Virus record (IMG/VR): IMGVR_UViG_3300037311_000342
Location: 1 to 45,624 of that record
DNA: 45,624 nt
Origin: a virus
Taxonomy: Duplodnaviria; Caudoviricetes
Direction: 5' to 3' (one strand)
Below, piece by piece: positions 16,635-23,712 of the stretch. A program made the position numbers and the translations under genes. Below the pieces are notes generated by a model that was not told where the DNA came from, did not search any database, and was given only the letters and a program-made list of their open reading frames with translations. Numbering within the stretch: position 1 is the first letter of the stretch; the number at the start of each line of letters is the position of its first letter.

Positions 16635-17376
16635 CCTGACCGCGGCCAGCACCGCCGACCTGCGGGCCGAGCTGGCCCGCGGCCTGGCCCTGACGGCCGA
16701 CACCCTCACCCGGCTGGGGCGGGTGTGGGCCGAGCTGGAGTCCCGGGGGGAAGACCTGTCCGACCTCCGCCGGGGGCTGGGCCGCACCCTGCCGCTGATC
16801 GCGGCCGGCCGGCTGGCCGCCGAGGCGGTGGTGGCGTTCGCCGGCCGGCCGGGGGTGCTGGACCGGCTGGCCGGCCTGCCGCTCGTGGAGCAGCGGCGGC
16901 TGGCCGCCGGCGGGCCGGTGGCGGTCATCACCCCGGCCGACCCGGGCACGGTCGAGGAGCTGCCGCTGGCCGCCCTGCCGACCTCCCGGGTGCGGCTGGT
17001 GCTGGACGGCGGGGAGGTGCTCACGCCGGCCGAGCAGCGGGTGCGGCTGCCGGCCCGCCGGGGCAAGCCCAAGCCGGCCGCCGACCACCGCTACCGCCCT
17101 CGGCTCGACGGGGACACCCTGCACGTCGGCCGGATGGCCGTGCCGCTGGTGGACGTGCTGGCCGCCCTGTCGCTGGCCGCAGGCCCCGACCGGCCGGTGC
17201 CCCAAGACCTGCCGGACGAGTACGCCACGGTGACGGCCAAGCTGCACCCCGACGAGGCCGAGGCGGTCAAGGCCCACGCCCGACGGGCCAAGCTGCCGGA
17301 GTGGGCGTTGGCTCGGCTGGCCCTGCGGGCGGCCGGCTTCACCCGGCCGCCGCGGAGGGCCGACGATGCCGGCTGA
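16603..17376 (+). CDS. Hypothetical protein with C-terminal RHH-like domain
   Basis: GGAGG RBS. C-terminal ATVTAKLHPDEAEAVKAHARRAKLPEWALAR. Confidence 0.75.
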   Translation: MTTLAPARPADLTAASTADLRAELARGLALTADTLTRLGRVWAELESRGEDLSDLRRGLGRTLPLIAAGRLAAEAVVAFAGRPGVLDRLAGLPLVEQRRLAAGGPVAVITPADPGTVEELPLAALPTSRVRLVLDGGEVLTPAEQRVRLPARRGKPKPAADHRYRPRLDGDTLHVGRMAVPLVDVLAALSLAAGPDRPVPQDLPDEYATVTAKLHPDEAEAVKAHARRAKLPEWALARLALRAAGFTRPPRRADDAG

Positions 17377-17378
17377 CG

Positions 17379-17624
17379 ATGCCGGCTGACGCCCACCGCC
17401 CCCGCGGTCGGCCGCCGCTGCCGCCGCCGACGCCCCCGGCCGGCAGCCGGCTGGCCGTCGCCGGCCCCGACCCCGACCGCCCCGGGCACTGGCTGTGCCG
17501 GTGCCGGTGCGGGAAGACCGGGCTGAGCGTCCGCCGGGACGCGGTCCGGAGCGGCCGGACCAAGTCGTGCGGCTGCCACCGGTCCGACCGGGCCGGGGCC
17601 AGGCTGGCCGCCCCGCACCCCTGA
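17379..17624 (+). CDS. Small Cys-rich protein (WLCRCRCG...SGRTKSCGC)
   Basis: Same domain as the N-terminus of 16044-16634. Confidence 0.7.
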   Translation: MPADAHRPRGRPPLPPPTPPAGSRLAVAGPDPDRPGHWLCRCRCGKTGLSVRRDAVRSGRTKSCGCHRSDRAGARLAAPHP

Positions 17625-17669
17625 CGGCCCCGGCCGGACCGACTCGGGCTTATTGGGGCCGACTCGGGC

Positions 17670-17792
17670 TTATTCGCTGGCGCCGGGATACGCCCACGCC
17701 TCCACCGGCCGCTGCCACGGGTGGTAGGCCCGCAGGCCGTCCAGCTCCCGCCGGTACTCCGCCACCATGTCCGTCGTCCGGTCGTCGCCCAT
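17670..17792 (-). CDS. Small hypothetical protein (40 aa)
   Basis: ATG at 17792 and GC3 bias. Confidence 0.4.
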   Translation of the reverse strand: MGDDRTTDMVAEYRRELDGLRAYHPWQRPVEAWAYPGASE

Positions 17793-17854
17793 GTGTCCGC
17801 CCCCGGGGTGTCGGTAGAGGTTCCGGGCGGGGCGGGGAAGTGCGACGGGAAACG

Positions 17855-17886
17855 ACCGCGGCCCGGGCAATTGCCCGGGCCGCGGT
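17855..17886. repeat. Perfect 32-bp palindrome
   Basis: ACCGCGGCCCGGGCAA|TTGCCCGGGCCGCGGT near the end of the late operon. Confidence 0.9.
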
Positions 17887-17912
17887 GTACGACATCGTCA
17901 TGACAATACGGG

Positions 17913-18314
17913 TCAGGCCAGCGCCTCGCAGCAGGCGGCGAACGCCTCCGCCGCCTGCCGCTCGGCCGGCGACAGCGGGTCCGTCGGGTGGCTCGCCATG
18001 ACCGCCGGGCCGCGGCCCTGGATCGCGGTGGCGGCCGGCAGCAGCTCGTCCCACACGCTGTCGGCCAGCAGCGGCAGGAGCGAGATGAGGGTGCCGATGG
18101 CGAACTTGAGGACGCGGCCGGTGGCCCGCTCCTGGAGCCGCCGGAGGAACGCCGTGGCGGCCTCCTTCAGCTCGGCCGGGGCGGCGGCCACGGCCGGCGG
18201 CTCGGCCTCGGCCAGGGCGACGATGTCCGCCTTCCGGCGGCGGATCAGCTCGGACAGGACCGGGAAGCCGGCGGCGGCCCGGTCGATCAGCAGGGCGATC
18301 AGGGTCGGCCACAT
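17913..18314 (-). CDS. Amphipathic/membrane protein (holin candidate)
   Basis: ATG at 18314 with GGAG RBS. Hydrophobic MWPTLIALLI and VLKFAIGTLISLLPLLA segments. Confidence 0.6.
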   Translation of the reverse strand: MWPTLIALLIDRAAAGFPVLSELIRRRKADIVALAEAEPPAVAAAPAELKEAATAFLRRLQERATGRVLKFAIGTLISLLPLLADSVWDELLPAATAIQGRGPAVMASHPTDPLSPAERQAAEAFAACCEALA

Positions 18315-18373
18315 ACACGCACTCCAGGTACGGGGAAAGCAGTCACAGCAGTAAGGCCGGCCACAGCCGCGGA

Positions 18374-18979
18374 TCACCGGCGGAACCAGCCGCGGCCCGG
18401 CGGCCGGGCGACGGTCGCCGGCACCCCGCAGCCGTTCGGGCCGCACGCCTGGCCTGCGGGGGATGCCGTACCGCCGATCATCGGGCCGGTGGCCGGCAGA
18501 TGCCGCACGTCGGGCGTCTGCCGGCCGGTGACGGGGTCGAACCAGTTCAGGGGGTCCATCCGCCGGACCTCTTCGGCGGTCAGCCCGCGGAGCGGCCGCA
18601 GCCCGGTCCGGGTCATCTCTACCGGCGTGCCGTCGGCGGCAACCGGCTGTCGTTGCGGCGCCGGAGTTGTCGCGGCCGCCGCCCGCCAGCCGGCCGCGGT
18701 GTAGACCACCGGCGTGCCGTCGGCGGTCGTGCCGACGGCACCGACCGGGAACGCGGCGGCCGTCCGCCGGGCCGGGGTGAAGATCGGCTCGAACCCGCCG
18801 GGGGTGGGCGCCGGCGGCCTGGGCGGGGCCGTCGGGCCGGCCAGCCGCTCCAGCCGCACGACCCGCTGCTCCAGGTCGGCCACCCGCTCCGGCAGCGTCG
18901 GGTACTGCGGCAGGGGTGGCACCTGCTGGGCCGCCCCCAGGCCGGCGAACAGGGCCAGCGTCAGTAGGCTCAGTCGCAT
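18374..18979 (-). CDS. Secreted Pro-rich protein with short coiled coil and C-terminal CGPNGC motif
   Basis: Signal peptide MRLSLLTLALFAGLGAA, LPERVADLEQRVVRLE coiled coil, GAGGAG RBS. Confidence 0.75.
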   Translation of the reverse strand: MRLSLLTLALFAGLGAAQQVPPLPQYPTLPERVADLEQRVVRLERLAGPTAPPRPPAPTPGGFEPIFTPARRTAAAFPVGAVGTTADGTPVVYTAAGWRAAAATTPAPQRQPVAADGTPVEMTRTGLRPLRGLTAEEVRRMDPLNWFDPVTGRQTPDVRHLPATGPMIGGTASPAGQACGPNGCGVPATVARPPGRGWFRR

Positions 18980-19023
18980 GTCACTCTCCTCACACGCCCG
19001 CCGCGAGGCTCGCGGCGGGCAAC

Positions 19024-19147
19024 TGCGGCCGGCGGGAGTCGAACCCGCTGTGACATCGGCGGCCGGTTCGGGCCGGGGGCGTGATCAACCCCCGGCCGTC
19101 GTCACCGACCCTGTCCCTCGGGCCAGGTCCGCTGGCCAGTCGGCCGC
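19024..19147 (-). ncRNA. tRNA-like RNA 2 (acceptor stem + T-arm, long branched core)
   Basis: 5' GCGGCCG pairs with 3' CGGCCGC followed by A. T-arm GCGGG-TTCGACT-CCCGC. Internal stems GGCCAG/CTGGCC, GTGAC/GTCAC and GGCCGGGGG/CCCCCGGCC. Intergenic. Confidence 0.72.
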
Positions 19148-19154
19148 TCCCCCG

Positions 19155-20030
19155 TCAGGCGGCCATCGTTGCGACCACGCTCACCGCCCCGTCCGGCCGG
19201 GCCTGCGACCCCCGCAGCACGGCCAGCCCGCGGCGGCCCCAGCCCCGCCACGAGTTCAGCACCAGCAGCCCCCACCCGCCGGCCTCGATGCGGACGTGCC
19301 GCAGCGCACAGACCGAGTGGCCCCACCAGTTGAAGTCGCTCGGGGCCGGGCAGTTGTTCAGCAGCACGGTGCGGAGCTGGGCGTCCTTGAGCTGCTGGCC
19401 CCAGTGCGGCTTGCCCAGGTCGTACCAGTCGTCCGTCACCCGGTGCGCCTGCATGGCCGCCTTGAGCGCCGGGTCGGCGAACCGCCGGTTGGCCGCCGCC
19501 CCGAACCCGTGCGGCGGCCACTGGGTCGGCCCGCTCCCTTCGGCCGCGTACCCGTTGTCCCGGGCGAAGGCCAGGGACAGCCCGCACCACCCGCCCTCGT
19601 CCCGCCCGCCCTTGACCAGGCTGGCGACCGAGTGCGGGTTGAGCCGCACGAACGGCATGTTGGCCTTGAGCCGGGTCATCATGACCGCCGCCCCGGTGGA
19701 GTAGCTCCAGCAGTACCCCTGGCCGTTCTGGTCCAGACACTCGCCCCGCCAGTCGCGGAGGTACAGGTGCTCCAGGCTGCTCTGGGTCCGCTCCTGCTCG
19801 TCGAACCGGGCGTCGTACTCGGCCGGGGGGATGGCCCGCATCCGGTCGGGCGCGGCCATCATGTCCGGGACGTACTGGCCGGGGTCGTGGCCGTACCCGA
19901 CGGCCGCCGGGAACAGCAGGTCGCGGCAGTCGGGCGAGTCCGGGTCGAGGACGGGGATGCCGTCCGGCTCGCCGGCGGCCGCCCCCAGGAACAGCCGGGT
20001 GGCGGTGCTGCGGTACAGGTCGATGGGCAC
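19155..20030 (-). CDS. Papain-like (C1 family) cysteine peptidase
   Basis: DQNGQGYCWSYS (Q, C), WWGHSV (H), LNSWRGWG (N). Confidence 0.88.
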   Translation of the reverse strand: MPIDLYRSTATRLFLGAAAGEPDGIPVLDPDSPDCRDLLFPAAVGYGHDPGQYVPDMMAAPDRMRAIPPAEYDARFDEQERTQSSLEHLYLRDWRGECLDQNGQGYCWSYSTGAAVMMTRLKANMPFVRLNPHSVASLVKGGRDEGGWCGLSLAFARDNGYAAEGSGPTQWPPHGFGAAANRRFADPALKAAMQAHRVTDDWYDLGKPHWGQQLKDAQLRTVLLNNCPAPSDFNWWGHSVCALRHVRIEAGGWGLLVLNSWRGWGRRGLAVLRGSQARPDGAVSVVATMAA

Positions 20031-20031
20031 G

Positions 20032-20913
20032 TCAGTCCCCCCCGAAGCGTTTGAGCAGGGCCAGCGCCTCGGCCTCGGTGGCGGGCAGCGGGCCGCTGTA
20101 CCCCCGGACCCCGTCGCCGACCAGAATCCAGTCCTTGCCCTTGGCCTGGGCCAGCCGGAAGGCGTTGGCCCACGTCGGCCGCGCCCGCGACACGTCCACG
20201 TCGGCCGGGTAGATGCGGTACCCCTTGCCGTCGGTCGTCGCCTCGGCCCCGGTCTCGGTCACGCACCTGGCCTTCAGGTAGTCCGTCACGGCCCGGCCGT
20301 AGAGGACCGAGTTCTGGGCGGCCGGGCGGGTGGTGTTGGTGCTGTCGAACGTCATCAGCACCCGCAGCCCCGGCTCGGGGAACGGGCTGGTGCCGTCCGG
20401 CCCCGGGGGCGTGGGGCCGGGCGGCGGGGGCTGCGGGGCCGCCCCGCTCCGCACCCGCACCGACAGGATGGTGTACGGGTAGCCGTCGGCGTCCACCCCC
20501 AGGGCCTCGACCGTGGCCTCCCCGGCCGGCCCCGGGCGGACTAGCACCGACGGCTCGTCCCCGATGTCGTGCCGGGTCGGCCCGCCGGCCCCGGCCTTCA
20601 GCCCGAGGCACACCTTGACCGGCCCGGCCACGTCCACCGTCTCCCCGGCCACCGGCGCGACGAACCACACCTTGGACCTGGCCGGCAGCCGCTCGACCAC
20701 GGCCGCCGGCCCGCTCGACCGCCAGGCCACCTTGCCGGCGTACCCGTCGATCTTGAGCAGCTCGAACCGGCCCGGGCCCAGCCGCACCTCGGCCGCCGGG
20801 CCGGGCATGGGGGCCGGGGGCGTCACCGGGTCGATGACCAGCAGGGCCGGGGGCGGGGCGGCCGCCGCCAGGGCGGCCGTCGCCAGGAGTAACAGGGTCG
20901 CACGCATGGTCAC
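20032..20913 (-). CDS. Secreted protein with Pro-rich linker
   Basis: Signal peptide MRATLLLLATAALAAA, PQPPPPGPTPPGP linker, globular C-terminal domain. Confidence 0.8.
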   Translation of the reverse strand: MTMRATLLLLATAALAAAAPPPALLVIDPVTPPAPMPGPAAEVRLGPGRFELLKIDGYAGKVAWRSSGPAAVVERLPARSKVWFVAPVAGETVDVAGPVKVCLGLKAGAGGPTRHDIGDEPSVLVRPGPAGEATVEALGVDADGYPYTILSVRVRSGAAPQPPPPGPTPPGPDGTSPFPEPGLRVLMTFDSTNTTRPAAQNSVLYGRAVTDYLKARCVTETGAEATTDGKGYRIYPADVDVSRARPTWANAFRLAQAKGKDWILVGDGVRGYSGPLPATEAEALALLKRFGGD

Positions 20914-21386
20914 TCCGGGGGGTGGTGGGGCGGCGGGGCCGGCTGGGCGGCGGCCGGCGACCGGGCGGCCGTGATCTCCCGCTTGGTCTGGTCGATGCTG
21001 ATGCGGCTGGCCCGCAGCTCGGCCACCCCGGCCCGGAACTCGCTGCCCAGCGCCCGCAGCTCGCCGGCCACGGTGGCGGCCAGGTCGGCCACCGCCTTCC
21101 GGTCGGCCTGCACCTCGGACAGCCGCACCGCCTCGGCCCGGTCGGACTGCTCCCGAGTAAGCCGGTGCTGCTCCTGGACGACGGCGAAGAACTGCTGCTG
21201 GTCGCTCCGGCCGGTGTGGAGCAGCCAGACGAAGGCGGCCAGGATGACCCCGAAGGCGGTCATCTCCCGGCGGGACTGCGCCCGCTTGGCGTCGGCCAGG
21301 GCGGCGGACGCCTGCTTGGCCTCGGTCAGGGCCTCGGCGGCCAGGGCGGTGCCGGCGGTCGGGGCGGCGGCGGGGGAGTCGTGCAA
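20910..21386 (-). CDS. Single-TM coiled-coil protein (holin-like position)
   Basis: TTG start with GGAG RBS, TM segment AFGVILAAFVWLL, downstream of a late-promoter motif. Confidence 0.65.
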   Translation of the reverse strand: MHDSPAAAPTAGTALAAEALTEAKQASAALADAKRAQSRREMTAFGVILAAFVWLLHTGRSDQQQFFAVVQEQHRLTREQSDRAEAVRLSEVQADRKAVADLAATVAGELRALGSEFRAGVAELRASRISIDQTKREITAARSPAAAQPAPPPHHPPE

Positions 21387-21440
21387 CGGGTCGCTCCGGC
21401 GGGGGAGTCGTGCAACGGGTCGCTCCGGCGGGGGCGTCGC

Positions 21441-21461
21441 ACTGTACGAGGCGGCGGCCGG
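21441..21461 (-). promoter_or_regulatory. Late promoter motif
   Basis: CCGGCCG-N7-GTACAGT. Confidence 0.75.
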
Positions 21462-21466
21462 GGGGA

Positions 21467-23029
21467 CTACCCGCCGGCGTACCCCGGGCAGGCCGGGCCG
21501 CACCGGCGGGCCGGGTCGCCGCAGGTGTCGCAGGCCAGCACCGCCAGCCCGAGCCGCTGGAACCCGGGCTTCTGGCAGGTGAAGGCCAGCCGGCCGGTGC
21601 CGTCCTTGAGCGTGTGGGCGTCCTCCGACCGGTGCCGGCAGGGGGCGGGGTCGGTTGTCGCCGGCCCCGGACGGGCGGGGTCGGTCGTCGGCAGCGAACG
21701 GGTCATCACCCCGAGCGGCCCGCCCGGCCCCTGGTCGTTGAAGCCGGTGAACGCGACCGCGAACTCGATAGGCAGTACGGGGTGCTCGTTCCCCTGGCCG
21801 GGGAAGGTGAACGGCATGGCGTCGCCGCCGGGCGGGATCAGGAACGTGCCGTAGGAGTGGCCGTCCCGCGAGCGGTGCGCCAAGGCGTTGCTCATCCGGA
21901 CCCGGCTGCCGTCCCCGCAGGCGTTGCCGGCCACCTGGACGGCCGAGACACACGGGTCGGCGGACCAGATCAGGTTCTGACGGACCGCCTGAACCATGAC
22001 CAGCGCTTCCCACTCGACCGTCCCGCCGTCGGCCACCAGCGACCCGGCACAGACGTGGGTCGGCGGTATCCCGAGCAGTGCCTTGCGCTGCTCCTCCCAG
22101 GTGATCGAGAACGGCACCCGCAGGAACCCGCGGTACAGGCAGTAGTGCGGGTCGTTGACCGGGTCCGGGCTGCACAGGCCGGCGGCCAGGTACGCGAACC
22201 CGTCCACCGGGGCGGCTGACAGGGCGGCCTCGAACCGCGACTGGAGCAGTTGCGGGTTCGGGGCACAGGTCGTCTCCGGCAGGACGAGGGACCAGTGCTG
22301 GGTCTGACCGGCCACCGCGCCCGGCGGGCACGGGCCGGTGATCCGGACCGGCACCCGCCGGGGCAGCCGGCCCGGCCGGTCGGGGTCCGAAGTCAGCCAG
22401 TCGTCCGGCCCGGCGAACTTGAGCGGCAGATGCTCCCCGACCGAGAACCGTGTCCCGAAAAAGGCGGCGTCCGTGTCCATCCACTGGTCGGCCAGCCCGG
22501 CCACGTTGAACCGGGTGGTGATCGGCCGGCCGGTGAACGGGTCGCACACCGAACAGGAGGCCAGGTCGGCCCACGGCCCGGCCCCGATCCGGAGCTGGGT
22601 GGTGCCGTTCTGGGCGGCGCTCACCGGCCGCCGGAACCGGACGGCCAGCGGCTGGGGGGTGGTGTCCGGCGGGGCCGGCCAGACGGCCGGCGGGTTGGCC
22701 GGCCCGCACGCGCCGCCTTGCAGCGGGGCAGGCTCCCGCCAGCCGGCCGGGACCGCCCGGAAGAACGCCGCCGCCGGGTGTTCGAGCTGGGACCACCGGA
22801 CGGTGCCGGCGTACACCGGCCCCTGGCAGTCGGTGCCGCCGGGCGACCCCGGGGGCGTGATGCCCAGCGTGCCGACCGCGGCGAACGACGGCAGCTCGTA
22901 CACCGTGAGGTCGGCGGCCGGCACCGGGCACGGGTGGTGGCAGCCCAGACACCCGGCCGGGTTGGCGGCCGACGTGGCGGTGGTCAGCCGGCCCGGGTCG
23001 CGGGCCTCCGGACTCGCCTTAGAGGACAT
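21467..23029 (-). CDS. Cys-rich putative tail fibre / receptor-binding protein
   Basis: Last gene of the tail block, with Cys clusters at both ends and a more variable middle. Confidence 0.6.
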   Translation of the reverse strand: MSSKASPEARDPGRLTTATSAANPAGCLGCHHPCPVPAADLTVYELPSFAAVGTLGITPPGSPGGTDCQGPVYAGTVRWSQLEHPAAAFFRAVPAGWREPAPLQGGACGPANPPAVWPAPPDTTPQPLAVRFRRPVSAAQNGTTQLRIGAGPWADLASCSVCDPFTGRPITTRFNVAGLADQWMDTDAAFFGTRFSVGEHLPLKFAGPDDWLTSDPDRPGRLPRRVPVRITGPCPPGAVAGQTQHWSLVLPETTCAPNPQLLQSRFEAALSAAPVDGFAYLAAGLCSPDPVNDPHYCLYRGFLRVPFSITWEEQRKALLGIPPTHVCAGSLVADGGTVEWEALVMVQAVRQNLIWSADPCVSAVQVAGNACGDGSRVRMSNALAHRSRDGHSYGTFLIPPGGDAMPFTFPGQGNEHPVLPIEFAVAFTGFNDQGPGGPLGVMTRSLPTTDPARPGPATTDPAPCRHRSEDAHTLKDGTGRLAFTCQKPGFQRLGLAVLACDTCGDPARRCGPACPGYAGG

Positions 23030-23711
23030 CGGGGACGTACTCGACGGCGGTGGTGACGGTACAGGTGGCCAGGTCCACCCCGACGACGAAGGTGCGGGCC
23101 ACGAACGGCGGCACCACGCCCCGCAGCCGACGCTTGGGCGGGGTGTCGGCGTTGACGGTCCCGGTGTCCACGCACATCCAGGCGGTGTTGAACACCTGCC
23201 GCATCCCCAGGTGGGCCGGGGCGAACACCACCGCCTCCGTGCCGTCCACCCACGACCCGGAGGCGTTGAACTCCTGCACCACCCCGGCCGTGAAGGTGCC
23301 GCCCGACCCGGGGGTCGGGCCGGTCTGCCGGACCCGGATGAGGGCCGCGCCGGTGCCAGCGCCGCCGCCGTCGGCCACGGCCGGCACGAACCCGGCGAAG
23401 GCCGGGCCGACCGGCCGGAACCCCGGCCGCCCCACCCGGCAGTACCAGTCCCCGGCCGCCGGCCCCAGTGTGGACCCGGCGCCCACCGCGTCCGACGGGT
23501 GGACGCCCAGCGCGACGTGCTCCTCCCACGGCGGGGTGCCCCGCCCCCGGGCGCCCGGCTGGATCGGCACCTGGCCGTTGACCAGCCCGGCCAGCCCCCC
23601 GCGGGTGGCCTTCCGCACCCGGGCGGCCCCATCGGCGGTGATCGCCCCGGTCGGCTCCATCCAGCCGCCGGGCGGGACGGCCTCGGCCGTGTCGTTCAGC
23701 ACCCGCGGCAC
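23019..23711 (-). CDS. Putative tail/baseplate protein
   Basis: Position in the tail operon and GC3 bias. Confidence 0.65.
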   Translation of the reverse strand: MPRVLNDTAEAVPPGGWMEPTGAITADGAARVRKATRGGLAGLVNGQVPIQPGARGRGTPPWEEHVALGVHPSDAVGAGSTLGPAAGDWYCRVGRPGFRPVGPAFAGFVPAVADGGGAGTGAALIRVRQTGPTPGSGGTFTAGVVQEFNASGSWVDGTEAVVFAPAHLGMRQVFNTAWMCVDTGTVNADTPPKRRLRGVVPPFVARTFVVGVDLATCTVTTAVEYVPDVL

Positions 23712-23712
23712 G

